From contig CAZCUR010000003.1 of assembly GCA_964501815.1 (NCBI GenBank), forward strand, positions 11,380-75,379: a stretch of DNA of 64,000 bases, written 5' to 3'. Source of the DNA: an uncultured Geothermobacter sp. (GTDB taxonomy: Bacteria > Desulfobacterota > Desulfuromonadia > Desulfuromonadales > Geothermobacteraceae). Each line of letters opens with the position of its first letter. Within the stretch, counting starts at the first letter, position 1. Below, piece by piece: positions 39,166-56,188 of this stretch. The translations under genes and the position numbers were made by a program. A model generated the notes under the pieces. That model did no database searches and was not told the origin of the DNA. It saw nothing but the letters and a program-made list of their open reading frames with translations.

Positions 39166-40023
39166 CGGTTTACCTCCCCATTCGGTCCCTACAACTCTAA
39201 CACGACCGGAGCAAAAGGTCAGATCGCCTTTTTCTTTCTGCGCATCCGGTCCTCTATCTGTTTCAGGCGCCGCTCAAGCAGATCCCGTTTCGGATACCGG
39301 TCCCGCAACTCACGAAGCAGCTTCCGCGCCCGAAGCAGTTCATCGCGCCGCTCGTAAAGTCCGGACAAGGCAAACAGCGCCTCCAGGCCGAAGGTATCCT
39401 CGGGCCAGCGGTTCGCTGTCATTCTGAACTGCCGTTCCGCCTGCTGATGACGGTTCTCCAGCACCAGGCAAACGCCTATGCGGTAGGATGCTTCCGCGGC
39501 GTAACGGGTGTCAGGAAAAAGTTTGAGCAGGGTTTCAAATTCAATTCTGGCCTGCTCATAATTGCGCAATGTGAAATAACTGTCCGCTATCTGATAACGA
39601 ACCGCATCAGCGTCAGCGACCCCGGCATCGGCCAAACGCTGCAACAGCGGCAGGGCCTGCGCCGGGTCACCGAGCCGATTGAGGTAAAGGTTGGCTGCAC
39701 GCCGCAGGGCCGTCTCCGCCTGGGGAGTGCGCGGAAAATCGCGCACCAGGGTCAAATAGGTCAGCACAGCTTCCTGGGGCTGATCCAGTTCAAGGTCCTG
39801 GATATCGCCGATGAGCAGACGGGCTTTGGGCGCCAGCCCGGAGGTCGACAAACGGCCGACCCACCTGAGGGTTCGCATGGCGCCTGGATACTCCTGCTGA
39901 CGAAAGAGCCGCTGGGCCTGATCGTACAGCCAGGCAGCCAACGGCTCTCGCCCCAACTGAACAGCCGGGAGCAGAAGCAGAAGCAGCAGCAAGGCCGAAA
40001 ACAGACATTTCCGGCCGTTTCCG

Positions 40024-42528
<2,505 letters not shown>

Positions 42529-42585
42529 AAAAAATCCTCCGGAAATCCCAGTTCATCCGGGCCGTTAACCGGTCAGTTAGCCATT

Positions 42586-46076
<3,491 letters not shown>

Positions 46077-46090
46077 CAGCCCGCCCAAAC

Positions 46091-47209
46091 TCACAGGCGC
46101 ATGGGCATAACAACTGCCAGAAAATGCGGGTCGTCCACCGGCCGGATCATCCCTGGCGACATATTGTCCCGGATCTGCAGTTCGATTTCTTCTCCCTTGT
46201 GCACCTGCAAAATATCGAGCAGGTAGCGCGCGTTAAAACCAATGGCGATATCCTGCCCGGTGTAATCGATGGCCATATCCTCCCGGGCATCCCCAAGATC
46301 CGGGTTGGAGGAGGAAATCTCCAGGCGCCCTTCTGCAAGGCTCAGTTTGACTCCCCGGGATTTTTCACTCGACAAGATAGCCATACGCCTGAGGGCATGG
46401 AAAAAGTCGTCCCGCGGTAGTCTCGCCTTGACCTCCTGATCCATCGGGATGACCCGGGAGTAGTCCGGGAAATCGCCATCGACCAGACGCATGGCGACAA
46501 TGGTGTCATCCTTGCGCACAATGGCGTTGTTCTCCAGAAAGCCCAGAGCAACCGGAGACTCCCCGTCTTCGGCGATTTTTTTCAGTTCAAAAACACCCTT
46601 TTTCGGGAAAATCACCCCTTTGCGCATCTCTTCACCCGGCTCTCCGTCGAGAGGCTGCTCCACCAAAGCCAGGCGATGGCCGTCTGTGGCGACCAGACGC
46701 AGCATGGTAGCCCCGTCCACATCCAGGGCCTGGAAAAAGATGCCGTTCAGATTGTACTTGCTCTCGTCGCTGGACATGGAGAAGGAGGTTTTTTCCAGCA
46801 TTTCTGCAAGCTTGGCACTCGGCAACTCCAGAAATTCACAACGGTCTATTTCCGGAAAATAGGGAAATTCGTCCGCGGCCAGACCGACGATGTTGAACAG
46901 GGCCTTGCCGCAGGTCAGCTCAATCCAGCAGTTTTCCTTGCTTTGGAAATGGATGGTGTCGTCCGGCAGTTCCTTGATGATCTCGAACAGTTTTTTGGCG
47001 TTGGCCGTCACTTTCCCTGCAACCTGGACCTGGGCGGGATAGGTTGCCCGCATGCCGACTTCCAGATCGGTTGCGGTGATGACCAGACCTTCGTCACCTG
47101 CCTGGATGAGGACATTGGACAAAATTGGAATGGTGTTGCGTTTTTCGACAATCCCCTGAATGCGACCCAGGGCTTTGAGGAAAACTTCGCGTTCGATGGA
47201 AAACTGCAT
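46091..47209 (-). CDS. dnaN: DNA polymerase III beta clamp
   Basis: TIPILSNV, ATDLEVG, VATDGHRLA, FNARYLLD and VVMPMRL. Confidence 0.97.
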   Translation of the reverse strand: MQFSIEREVFLKALGRIQGIVEKRNTIPILSNVLIQAGDEGLVITATDLEVGMRATYPAQVQVAGKVTANAKKLFEIIKELPDDTIHFQSKENCWIELTCGKALFNIVGLAADEFPYFPEIDRCEFLELPSAKLAEMLEKTSFSMSSDESKYNLNGIFFQALDVDGATMLRLVATDGHRLALVEQPLDGEPGEEMRKGVIFPKKGVFELKKIAEDGESPVALGFLENNAIVRKDDTIVAMRLVDGDFPDYSRVIPMDQEVKARLPRDDFFHALRRMAILSSEKSRGVKLSLAEGRLEISSSNPDLGDAREDMAIDYTGQDIAIGFNARYLLDILQVHKGEEIELQIRDNMSPGMIRPVDDPHFLAVVMPMRL

Positions 47210-47235
47210 GGGACCTCCTGTCGACAGGGCCTGCT

Positions 47236-47421
47236 TTTACTATGTTTTTAAAATCTTTTGTCAGTAGTAACAGATAGAGCCTGTTGATTGTGTATAGAGA
47301 CAAAAAATGTCAAAAAAAACAGTCAATTGCAGTCCTAATGACCCTGTTGGCCGATGGGCTCTTTCCAGGGCTTTTTTGTGGATGACTCAGTCGGGTCGTC
47401 GTGGTCCACTTTTTGTACACA
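47236..47421. other. oriC unwinding region between dnaA and dnaN
   Basis: Minus strand reads CTATACACA ATCAACA GGCT CTATCTGTTACTACTG then an AT-rich tract: DnaA boxes, short GC spacer, trio-like repeats. Further boxes at 47377-47385 and 47413-47421. Confidence 0.8.
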
Positions 47422-47444
47422 TATCCCGACACAGGTTTTCAGCG

Positions 47445-48788
47445 TCACTGCTCCAGGGCTGATTTCAGGGTTTCAATGGTTGTGGCCAGTTGAACATCCT
47501 CGGCCATCTGCTTTTCGATCTTTCGGATGGCGTGAATGATGGTCGAATGGTCCTTGCCACCGAATTTGTCGCCTATATCCGGGTAGGAGCAGGATGTCAG
47601 TTGCCGGCTCAGGTACATGGCCACCTGGCGCGGCAGAACCAGAGCCTTGAGCCTTTTGGAAGACTTCAGGTCGCTGACCTTCACGCCGTAATGGGCAGCC
47701 ACCGTTTTCTGGATTTCCTCCACGGATATTTCCCGTCGCTTTTCCACCAGGATGTTTTTCAGCACCTCCTTGGCCATGGAGAGACTGATAGGAGTTGATG
47801 TCAGGCTCGCATAGGCGCCCAGCCGGACCAGATAGCCTTCGAGTTCGCGGATATTGCTGCTGACCGAGCTTGCCAGGAAAAGGGCTACATTTTCCGGCAG
47901 ATAGATGCCGTTTTGCTCCGCCTTGATTTTGAGAATAGCCTGTTTGGTTTCGACATCCGGAGGCTGGATATCGGCGATGAGGCCCCATTCAAATCGGGAC
48001 CGAAGCCTTTCCTCCAGCCCGGGAATCTCCTTGGGAAACTTGTCGGAGGTCACCACAATCTGCTTGTGGGACTCATAAAGGGAATTGAAGGTGTGAAAAA
48101 ACTCCTCCTGGGTTCGCTCCTTGTTGGCGATGAACTGGACATCGTCGATCAGGAGCACATCCATGGAACGGAATTTTTGTCTGAACTCCTCCATCTTGCC
48201 GTACCGGAGGGAGTTGATCAGTTCATTCATGAATTTTTCGGAGGTGTAGTAACACACCCTCATGTCCGGATTTGATTCCAGAATGGCATTGCCAATGGCA
48301 TTGATGAGGTGTGTTTTGCCCAAACCGACACCACCGTAAATGAAGAGGGGATTGTAGGTGGTCGCCGGATTGGTGGCGACGGCTCTGGCGGCGGCGTAGG
48401 CAAACTGGTTTGATGCCCCGGAGATAAAGGAGTCGAAGGTGTATTTTTTGTTGAGGTTGTAAATTCCCGGATTCGGTTTGGGCGGCTGCCTGACCTGTTC
48501 AACAGGTGTGCCTGTCGGCCTGGGTTCAGGTGCGGGGCCGGATCCGGATCCGTTGGATATTTCGATATGCAGCTGGTAGGAAACAGCTCCTATGTCGGAG
48601 AGGGTTTCCCGAATAAGGTCGGCGTAGTTGTCCTTGATCCAGGTGAGGAAAAAGCGGTTGGGGACCCCCAGGCGTACCTGGTCACGATCGATGGACAGCA
48701 GTTTGATGGGTTTGATCCAGGTGGAGTAGTGCTGCGGATTGAGATCCTTTTTGAGTTTGTCGAGGGTTTCCTGCCAGAGCGGGTTCAT
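47445..48788 (-). CDS. dnaA: Chromosomal replication initiator DnaA
   Basis: YTFDSF...NQFA, YNPLFIYGGVGLGKTHL, LLIDDVQF, RLRSRF and GGKDHSTIIHA. Confidence 0.98.
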   Translation of the reverse strand: MNPLWQETLDKLKKDLNPQHYSTWIKPIKLLSIDRDQVRLGVPNRFFLTWIKDNYADLIRETLSDIGAVSYQLHIEISNGSGSGPAPEPRPTGTPVEQVRQPPKPNPGIYNLNKKYTFDSFISGASNQFAYAAARAVATNPATTYNPLFIYGGVGLGKTHLINAIGNAILESNPDMRVCYYTSEKFMNELINSLRYGKMEEFRQKFRSMDVLLIDDVQFIANKERTQEEFFHTFNSLYESHKQIVVTSDKFPKEIPGLEERLRSRFEWGLIADIQPPDVETKQAILKIKAEQNGIYLPENVALFLASSVSSNIRELEGYLVRLGAYASLTSTPISLSMAKEVLKNILVEKRREISVEEIQKTVAAHYGVKVSDLKSSKRLKALVLPRQVAMYLSRQLTSCSYPDIGDKFGGKDHSTIIHAIRKIEKQMAEDVQLATTIETLKSALEQ

Positions 48789-48830
48789 ACAGCGAGGTCC
48801 CTTCCTCTGAAAAGACGCGGTTCGGTCTAA

Positions 48831-48870
48831 TTATCCACACCTGTATCAACAATTGTTGATATGTGGTATA
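48831..48870. promoter_or_regulatory. DnaA boxes upstream of dnaA (second oriC part / autoregulation)
   Basis: Perfect TTATCCACA at 48831-48839, then degenerate boxes GTATCAACA, TGTTGATAT and TGTGGTATAA, followed by an AT-rich stretch. Confidence 0.7.
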
Positions 48871-49089
48871 ACTAGTTAAAATTTAAAAGGAATATCCAAA
48901 GAAAAGTGAGCCGCAGACTGGCAAATAAGCTATCAGAGGGAGGATGGCTTTGCAACTGTTTTTTGTATGCCGCAGGTGCGAGGGTGCTTAAGTTCTTGAC
49001 AACGCGATTGATTTACGGGTAAAAATCCACTTTGCTTCGCCCGCCGGGCAAAAAGCTGACAAAAAGCACCTGCAACAGGAGATAAAAAG

Positions 49090-49239
49090 ATGAAACGAAC
49101 CTATCAGCCGAGTCGGATCAGCCGCAAAAGGACCCACGGCTTTCGCAAGCGGATGCAGACCAAAAACGGCCGTGCGGTCATTCGCCGTCGCCGTGCCCGG
49201 GGGCGCAAGGTCCTCAGCGTCACCATTCCGAAAAAATAA
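49090..49239 (+). CDS. rpmH: 50S ribosomal protein L34 (not in the ORF track)
   Basis: [49 protein letters not shown]. Confidence 0.97.
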   Translation: MKRTYQPSRISRKRTHGFRKRMQTKNGRAVIRRRRARGRKVLSVTIPKK

Positions 49240-49242
49240 GCT

Positions 49243-49614
49243 GTGAAACGACGGGCTGAGGAACAGCTCGATAACAGGTTTCCGCCCGGGTTGCGCCTGC
49301 GCCACAGGTCGGAATTCATTCGTTGCAGAGAAATGGGACGGAAAATTCATACGTCCCATTTTCTCGTTTATGCCCTGGAAAGATCTGACGGTCGCTGCCG
49401 TCTCGGGGTTACCGCCAGCAAAAGGGTTGGCAACGCTGTGGTCCGCAACAGGGTCAAGAGACTGGTGCGGGAGTATTTCCGCACTCACAGGCAGCAGCTG
49501 CCTCGTGGCTATGATCTGTCCGTCATAGCCAAACACGGCGCCGGGACACTCGACCAGAATACCGTCAACCGGCAACTGGCGATTCTGGAGACCCTGGAAT
49601 TCCGGGCCGTCTGA
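49243..49614 (+). CDS. rnpA: RNase P protein component
   Basis: [25 protein letters not shown]. Confidence 0.95.
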   Translation: MKRRAEEQLDNRFPPGLRLRHRSEFIRCREMGRKIHTSHFLVYALERSDGRCRLGVTASKRVGNAVVRNRVKRLVREYFRTHRQQLPRGYDLSVIAKHGAGTLDQNTVNRQLAILETLEFRAV

Positions 49615-49844
49615 TGGAAAAAGGACTGATATTCATGCGGTCTGCTGTTCTTTTTCTCATCGGATTCTATCGGGTGGTTCTCTCTCCCCTGAAACCGCCC
49701 GTATGCCGATTTCATCCCAGCTGTTCCCAATATGCGCAGGAAGCAGTCCGGCGCCATGGCGTTTTCAAGGGGCTCCGTCTTGCCTGTCTCAGACTGCTTC
49801 GTTGTCACCCCTGGCATCCCGGGGGCGTTGATCCCGTCCCCTGA
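49614..49844 (+). CDS. yidD: Membrane protein insertion efficiency factor
   Basis: [11 protein letters not shown]...[17 protein letters not shown]. Confidence 0.93.
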   Translation: MEKGLIFMRSAVLFLIGFYRVVLSPLKPPVCRFHPSCSQYAQEAVRRHGVFKGLRLACLRLLRCHPWHPGGVDPVP

Positions 49845-49862
49845 TACCCCGTTGGAGTCAAC

Positions 49863-51470
49863 ATGGAAAACCGCAATACCATCATTGCCCTGGTTCTCAT
49901 GGCTGTTGTCTGGTTCGGCTACAATCTGCTCTTTCCGCCGAAACCCCAGGTTGTATCCCCTGAACCTCAAAAAGCTGCGGTTGAACCAAAACAACCTGTC
50001 ACCGAAACCCGTGCCCCAGCCGTTGAGGGCCAAAAGACTGAGGTTGCCCAGACTGTTCCGGTTCCCGCAGGATACCGGGACAGGGTGATAACTGTTGATA
50101 CGCCTCTCTATCGTGCCCGTTTTCACAGCCGGGGTGGACGACTGGTTCAGTTTGTTCTGAAAAAATACCGGAAAACGGCGGATCCCGACAGTGAGCCAGT
50201 TGCCCTGCACGATGTGCAGACGGCCGATCTGGGCAATCTGGCTCTTCGGGGACAGGAGTCCCTTGCCCTTTCCGTCGACGCACCCTACACGGTTGTTGAG
50301 GGGCAGGATGACATTGTTGTTGGCAACGGGCAGGATGCCGTTCTGACTCTGCGGTATGTTTCCGGCGGAATCGCTGTCGACCGGCGCTATCATTTTCAGG
50401 GAGACAGTTATCTGATTGACCAGGATATCCTGATCCGGAATCAGGGGCCTGAAGTCGCGAAAGGTTCGCTGACTTTCAGTCTTGTTCATCCCTGGGACGA
50501 AAGCCAGAAAGGCGATCGGTACGGGTTTGTCGGAGCGGCTACCCTGACGGCCAAGGATCGGGAAACCGATACCGTCAAGGGGTTGAAAAAAGAAAGCAAA
50601 ACCTACACGAATCCTGTCTGGTCCGGGTTTGAAAACAAATATTTTCTTGCCGCCGCAGTTCCTCTCGAAAACGCCGCCGACAAGGTCGTCCTGCAGTATG
50701 TCAGGGATCAGATTCTCAACAATTTTGTCAGCCCTTACCTGAATCTTGAGCCCGGCAAGCAGGTCACCCTGAAATACAGCCTCTATTTTGGTCCACTCGA
50801 TTTTGAAATTCTGGGTCAGGTCGGGCATCAGCTCGACAAGGCTATCGATCTCGGTTTCTTTACTCCCATCGCCGAACCGTTACGGCTCGTTCTGCACTTT
50901 TTCTACCAATATGTCGGCAACTGGGGTCTGGCCATTATTCTGCTGACGGTTATCATCAAGCTGCTTTTCTGGCCCCTGACCCAGAAGAGCTACAAGTCCA
51001 TGCGCCAGATGCAGAAGCTGCAGCCGGAGATGCAGAAAATCCGGGAGAAGTATCGGCACGACCGGGAGAAGATGAACCAGGAGATGATGGCGCTTTACAA
51101 GGACAAACGGGTCAACCCCATGGGCGGCTGTCTGCCCATGCTGGTGCAGATTCCGGTCTTTTTCGCCCTCTACAAAGTGCTTATGGTCGATATCGCCCTG
51201 CGTCATGCGCCCTTTGCCTTCTGGCTGACGGACCTTTCCGCCAAGGATCCCTACTACATTTCCCCGATTATCATGGGGGCGACCATGTTTATCCAGCAGC
51301 GGATGACCCCCTCCTCCATGGATCCGACCCAGGCCAAGGTGTTCATGGCGATGCCCATCGTCTTTACCTTTTTGTTTCTTAACTTTCCTTCCGGTTTGGT
51401 CATTTACTGGTTGGTCAACAATATTCTCACCATCGGCCAGCAGTATCTGATCAAGCGTCAGTTCAGCTGA
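49863..51470 (+). CDS. yidC: Membrane protein insertase
   Basis: GNWGLAIILLT, NPMGGCLP, LRHAPF, DPYYI and LVIYW. Confidence 0.96.
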   Translation: MENRNTIIALVLMAVVWFGYNLLFPPKPQVVSPEPQKAAVEPKQPVTETRAPAVEGQKTEVAQTVPVPAGYRDRVITVDTPLYRARFHSRGGRLVQFVLKKYRKTADPDSEPVALHDVQTADLGNLALRGQESLALSVDAPYTVVEGQDDIVVGNGQDAVLTLRYVSGGIAVDRRYHFQGDSYLIDQDILIRNQGPEVAKGSLTFSLVHPWDESQKGDRYGFVGAATLTAKDRETDTVKGLKKESKTYTNPVWSGFENKYFLAAAVPLENAADKVVLQYVRDQILNNFVSPYLNLEPGKQVTLKYSLYFGPLDFEILGQVGHQLDKAIDLGFFTPIAEPLRLVLHFFYQYVGNWGLAIILLTVIIKLLFWPLTQKSYKSMRQMQKLQPEMQKIREKYRHDREKMNQEMMALYKDKRVNPMGGCLPMLVQIPVFFALYKVLMVDIALRHAPFAFWLTDLSAKDPYYISPIIMGATMFIQQRMTPSSMDPTQAKVFMAMPIVFTFLFLNFPSGLVIYWLVNNILTIGQQYLIKRQFS

Positions 51471-51476
51471 GGCGAC

Positions 51477-52109
51477 ATGGAGGAGCTGTTTTCTCTCGAC
51501 TGTAGCGCCGACAGTCTGGAAGAGGCTGTTGACAAGGGTCTGAAGCATTTCGGTTGCCGGCGCAGCGATCTGGACGTTCAGATTGTCACGCCGGCGCGGT
51601 CCGGTCTCTTTGGTCTGTTCGGGCGCCGGAAGGCGCAATACCGGATCCGCGTCTGCAACCGGTTGGCCGCCGGCGGTCTGGTTGCGCGTCGCCTTTTGCA
51701 GCTGGCCGGCTTTGGTGACAAGATCGAAATTCGGCTGGAGGACAGCGGTCAGGAAATTACTGTCGATACCGACATGAATGCTCTTGTCATCGGGAAGAGA
51801 GGGGTCACCCTGGACGGTCTTGAATATCTTGTGAACGGGATCGTCGACCGGACTCTTCCCGACGGACCTCGTTTGACCGTTGAATGTGGTCAGTTCCGGC
51901 AACGTCAGCGGGACCAGGTCCGGCGTGTTGCACGCGAACTTGTCGAGGAGGCCCGGAAAAAGGGACGGGCTCTCAGTCAACCCCTGCCTGCAGACCAGCG
52001 CCAGGTTGTTCATCAATGGGTCCGCAACTGTCCGGACTGCAGTTCCCGCAGTGAAGGTCAGGGGTTCTACAAGAAAGTCAGGGTTGTTTGTTCCAGGAAA
52101 AATCCTTGA
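51477..52109 (+). CDS. jag: Jag/EloR (KhpB) RNA-binding protein
   Basis: Jag_N GLFGLFG, KH LVIGKRGVTLDGL and R3H RQVVH. Confidence 0.88.
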   Translation: MEELFSLDCSADSLEEAVDKGLKHFGCRRSDLDVQIVTPARSGLFGLFGRRKAQYRIRVCNRLAAGGLVARRLLQLAGFGDKIEIRLEDSGQEITVDTDMNALVIGKRGVTLDGLEYLVNGIVDRTLPDGPRLTVECGQFRQRQRDQVRRVARELVEEARKKGRALSQPLPADQRQVVHQWVRNCPDCSSRSEGQGFYKKVRVVCSRKNP

Positions 52110-53467
52110 AGGCAGACAGCACCATTGTCGCTCCGGCCACCCCCGCTGGTGAAGGGGGTCTTGCCGTCATCCGGTTGTCCGGTCCGCGGGCCGAGGCAAT
52201 CCTGCGCGCCGTTTTTCAGCCTGCCCGTCTGCCCTGCCCTTTTGTCTCCCGGCATCTCTACTACGGTCACATCGTCGGCGCTGACGGCCCTGTCGATGAG
52301 GTTATGGCGGTGCTGATGAAAGCTCCTGCCACGTTTACCCGGGAAGATGTTGCCGAAATTCACTGCCACGGCGGCCCTGCCATTGTCCGCAGGATACTGG
52401 AACTGTGTCTGGACCATGGCGCGGTCATGGCTCGTCCAGGCGAGTTCACCCAGAGGGCCTTTCTCAACGGCCGTATTGACCTGGCTCAGGCGGAAGCCGT
52501 CGCGGCTCTGATTCATGCACGCAGCGAAGCGGCCCGACGCGTTGCCCTTGATCAGTTGGGCGGTCAACTCTCCCGGCAACTCGACCATATCAAAGCGCGG
52601 ATTCTTGAACTTCTGGCCCATATCGAAACCCATATTGATTTTGTCGAGGAGGATATTGAATTTCCCCAGGCCGGGGAGTGGGAAGGGCGGATCGAACAGA
52701 TCCTCTGCGAACTTCAGGACCTGTCTCGCAGTTATCGTACCGGTCGGATCCTTAAAGAAGGGCTTTCCATTCTCATTCTGGGAAAACCCAACGTTGGCAA
52801 GAGCTCGCTGCTCAACAGCCTGGTCGGACATGCGCGCGCCATCGTGACCGATTTGCCGGGAACGACCCGGGACATCATCGAAGAACAGCTCGTTGTGCGG
52901 GATCTTCCGGTCCGTCTTATTGATACGGCCGGCATCCGACACACAGACGATCAGGTCGAGTTGGCCGGTATCGAACGTGCCCGCGACAAGGTCGCAACCG
53001 CTGATCTGGTCCTTCTTTTGGTGGATGGCAGTCAGGACTGTGATCGCGACGATCTTCTCGTGGCTGAATTGGCGCCCGCAGACCGGACCCTGCTGGTGAT
53101 CAACAAAACCGACCTGGACAGCCGTCCCTTGCCCGACTGGTGTCACCCTTATCCTCAGGTTCGGATCAGTGCCAGGACGGGTGCCGGTCTTGAAGAACTG
53201 GAAAGAGCCATCGTTCGTCTTGCGCGGGGAAGCCACGTCGATGCGGATGAATCCCTGATTCTTTATGAACAAAGACACTACCAGGCTGTTCTACGCTGTA
53301 TTCAGAATCTTGAGGGCTGTCTTGGGGGAATCAGACAGCAGCTCAGCCCTGAATTTATCGCCCTGGATGCACGCGCTGCCCTGGAATCACTCGGGGAAGT
53401 CACAGGGGATGTGACCAGTGACGATATTCTGGACCAGATTTTCAGCCAGTTTTGTATCGGTAAATAA
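52106..53467 (+). CDS. mnmE: tRNA modification GTPase
   Basis: IRLSG, FTREDVAEIHCHGG, GEFTQRAFLNGRIDL, GKPNVGKSS, DTAGIR and FCIGK. TTG start overlaps the jag stop. Confidence 0.96.
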   Translation: MKADSTIVAPATPAGEGGLAVIRLSGPRAEAILRAVFQPARLPCPFVSRHLYYGHIVGADGPVDEVMAVLMKAPATFTREDVAEIHCHGGPAIVRRILELCLDHGAVMARPGEFTQRAFLNGRIDLAQAEAVAALIHARSEAARRVALDQLGGQLSRQLDHIKARILELLAHIETHIDFVEEDIEFPQAGEWEGRIEQILCELQDLSRSYRTGRILKEGLSILILGKPNVGKSSLLNSLVGHARAIVTDLPGTTRDIIEEQLVVRDLPVRLIDTAGIRHTDDQVELAGIERARDKVATADLVLLLVDGSQDCDRDDLLVAELAPADRTLLVINKTDLDSRPLPDWCHPYPQVRISARTGAGLEELERAIVRLARGSHVDADESLILYEQRHYQAVLRCIQNLEGCLGGIRQQLSPEFIALDARAALESLGEVTGDVTSDDILDQIFSQFCIGK

Positions 53468-53473
53468 ATCTGG

Positions 53474-53489
53474 TGTTCCACGTGGAACA
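53474..53489. promoter_or_regulatory. parS centromere site
   Basis: Perfect palindrome TGTTCCACGTGGAACA matching the bacterial parS consensus, near oriC and parAB. Confidence 0.92.
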
Positions 53490-53541
53490 TTTCCCCAAGA
53501 TATAGTGTCTGACCGGTTATTCGCCCCCAAAAGGTAGCAAT

Positions 53542-55416
53542 ATGTTTGGTTACGGCAAAACCTATCAGGTCATCGTTGTTGGTGCCGGCCATGCGGGCTG
53601 TGAAGCGGCCCTGGCTGCGGCGCGCATGGGCTGCAGAACCCTGTTGTTGAATCTGAGCCTCGACAAGGTTGCGGAAATGTCCTGCAATCCGGCAATAGGC
53701 GGACTGGCCAAGGGACACCTGGTACGGGAGATCGATGCGCTGGGCGGGCAGATGGGCCTGGCTATTGACGCGACGGGTATTCAGTTTCGCCGCCTGAATA
53801 CCAAGAAGGGCCCGGCTGTCCGGGCGTCCCGGGCACAGGCGGACCGGCACGCCTACAGCCGTTATATGAAACATGTGGTCGAAAGCGAACCGAATCTGGA
53901 CCTGAAACAGGGCGCGGTGGATGCTTTGCTGGTGGAGGGGGCAAGGGTTGCCGGGGTCCGGACCCGTGAAGGTTTGACATTTGCCGCTGAAACGGTGGTG
54001 TTGACCACAGGGACCTTTATGCGGGGGTTGATTCATGTCGGCCTCAATCATTACCCCGGTGGTCGTGCAGGGGAGCCGCCTTCAGAGGGTTTGTCCGATT
54101 TTCTGCGGAGCCAGGGTCTGCGGGTGGGGAGACTGAAAACAGGGACCCCGGCCCGTCTGGATCGACGGACCATCGATTTCTCCGGCTTGGAACCACAGCC
54201 TGGAGATGACCCGCCCAAACCCTTTTCTTTTCTTCATGACGCGCTGCAGCGGCCGCAGGTCTGTTGCCATATCACCTACACCAATGAACGAACCCATGAA
54301 TTGATCCGGTCGGGGTTGGACCGCTCCCCGCTGTACAGTGGTGTGATCGAGGGGGTCGGACCGCGCTACTGCCCGTCCATTGAGGACAAGGTGGTGCGAT
54401 TCCCGGACAAGGATCGGCATCAGATTTTTTTGGAACCGGAAGGTCTGGAGTGTGGGGAAGTTTATCCCAACGGGTTGTCGACCTCTCTGCCTCCCGATGT
54501 GCAGCTGAACTTTTTGCGGACCATACCGGGCCTGGAACAGGTTGAAATTATGCGTCCGGGCTATGCCATTGAGTACGATTATGTGGATCCAATCCAGCTG
54601 CGACCGACCCTGGAAGTGCGTGGCATCGAAGGACTCTTTCACGCCGGACAAATAAACGGGACCTCGGGATATGAAGAGGCTGCTGCCCAGGGGCTGGTAG
54701 CCGGCATCAACGCATCGTGCAAGGTGTTGGGGTGTGAACCACTGGTGCTGCGCCGCGACCAGGCTTATATCGGGGTTCTGATCGATGATTTGGTCAACCT
54801 CGGAGCTCCGGAACCTTACCGGATGTTTACGTCCCGTGCTGAATACCGTCTGCTGTTGCGGGAAGATAATGCGGATCGCCGCCTGACACCCATTGGACGG
54901 AACCTGGGGCTGGTGAAGGAAGAGCGCTGGCGCCGCTTCCAGCAAAAAATGGAACAGGTCGAGCGCGGGCGAAACCGCCTGGACCAGGTACGGATCCAAC
55001 CCTCGGACCGCAGGAATACCGCCCTGCTGGGTCTGGACGATTTAAAACAGGGCCAAAGTCTGGCTGAGCTGTTGCGCCGTCCGGAGATAACCATGGAGTC
55101 GCTCAAAGCGGTGGATGCGGAATTGGGCGGTCTGTCGGATGAGGCACTCGAACAGCTGGAAATCGATATCAAATACCAGGGGTATATAGCCCGTCAGCAG
55201 GAGGATGTGGAGCGTTTCCGCCGCCTGGAAAAGGCGGTCATCCCGCCCGATTTCAGTTTCGCTCATATCGACGGCCTGTCTTTGGAGGTCAGGGAAAAAC
55301 TGGAACGTCACAGACCGGAAACCCTGGGGCAGGCATCACGAATTCCGGGAATTACCCCGGCGGCTATCGCGGTTTTGTCCGTGCTTTTGCGCCGGGTGCA
55401 GGCAAACCATGAATGA
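53542..55416 (+). CDS. mnmG: tRNA uridine-5-carboxymethylaminomethyl modification enzyme
   Basis: [47 protein letters not shown] and RAEYRL. Confidence 0.97.
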   Translation: MFGYGKTYQVIVVGAGHAGCEAALAAARMGCRTLLLNLSLDKVAEMSCNPAIGGLAKGHLVREIDALGGQMGLAIDATGIQFRRLNTKKGPAVRASRAQADRHAYSRYMKHVVESEPNLDLKQGAVDALLVEGARVAGVRTREGLTFAAETVVLTTGTFMRGLIHVGLNHYPGGRAGEPPSEGLSDFLRSQGLRVGRLKTGTPARLDRRTIDFSGLEPQPGDDPPKPFSFLHDALQRPQVCCHITYTNERTHELIRSGLDRSPLYSGVIEGVGPRYCPSIEDKVVRFPDKDRHQIFLEPEGLECGEVYPNGLSTSLPPDVQLNFLRTIPGLEQVEIMRPGYAIEYDYVDPIQLRPTLEVRGIEGLFHAGQINGTSGYEEAAAQGLVAGINASCKVLGCEPLVLRRDQAYIGVLIDDLVNLGAPEPYRMFTSRAEYRLLLREDNADRRLTPIGRNLGLVKEERWRRFQQKMEQVERGRNRLDQVRIQPSDRRNTALLGLDDLKQGQSLAELLRRPEITMESLKAVDAELGGLSDEALEQLEIDIKYQGYIARQQEDVERFRRLEKAVIPPDFSFAHIDGLSLEVREKLERHRPETLGQASRIPGITPAAIAVLSVLLRRVQANHE

Positions 55417-56053
55417 GCTGGATATCCTGGCCACGGGCCTGGAAAGATTGGGGCTTCCGGTTGACCAGACCCGGCTGCCATGCTTGCTCGAGTTTCTGGA
55501 TCTGCTGGAAAAATGGAACCGGACTCACAACGTAACGGCGATTCGCGACCGCGGGGAGGCTCTGGAAAAGCATCTGCTTGATTCTCTCACCCCTTTGCCC
55601 CTGCTGCCTGTGGGGGCCAGTCTGCTTGATTTCGGTTCCGGGGCCGGCTTGCCCGGTCTGGTGCTCAAATTGTACCGTCCCGATCTGCGTCTCAGTTCCC
55701 TGGAGCCGGTGGGCAAAAAGGCGGTCTTTCAGCGCCAGGTGGTGCGCCATTTTCAGCTTGATCGGACGGACATTCATACCTGCCGACTGGAATCCTTTGC
55801 CGCGCGAAAAGAACGGAATCAGGGTTTTGACCGGGTTGTTTTCCGGGCGGTGGGACCGCCGGAACGCTATGCTGAGGCCGCCTGTCAGCTGTTGGCCGAT
55901 CGGGGTCTGTTGCTCGCCATGAAAGGTCCCGGAGCCGATTGGGCCTGGGACAAATCTCTGGCACAGGGACGTCTGCGCCCGCTGAAAAAAATCGGATTCA
56001 CCCTCCCCTATTCCGGCTCGGAACGAAGCCTTTTGGTGTGGGAAAAGCTGTAA
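55409..56053 (+). CDS. rsmG: 16S rRNA m7G527 methyltransferase
   Basis: [26 protein letters not shown] and MKG. Confidence 0.93.
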   Translation: MNELDILATGLERLGLPVDQTRLPCLLEFLDLLEKWNRTHNVTAIRDRGEALEKHLLDSLTPLPLLPVGASLLDFGSGAGLPGLVLKLYRPDLRLSSLEPVGKKAVFQRQVVRHFQLDRTDIHTCRLESFAARKERNQGFDRVVFRAVGPPERYAEAACQLLADRGLLLAMKGPGADWAWDKSLAQGRLRPLKKIGFTLPYSGSERSLLVWEKL

Positions 56054-56188
56054 ATCCGGCAGGTTGAGACGGTTTCGGCCGGGCGTGTCGTGGCGCCGGC
56101 CAACGTCATGATGCGCCGCTAGGGGCTTCAACACCAGGTGCGATTATGATAACCTGTCGCACCGATTTGCCTGAAAGAGGTCACTGCT

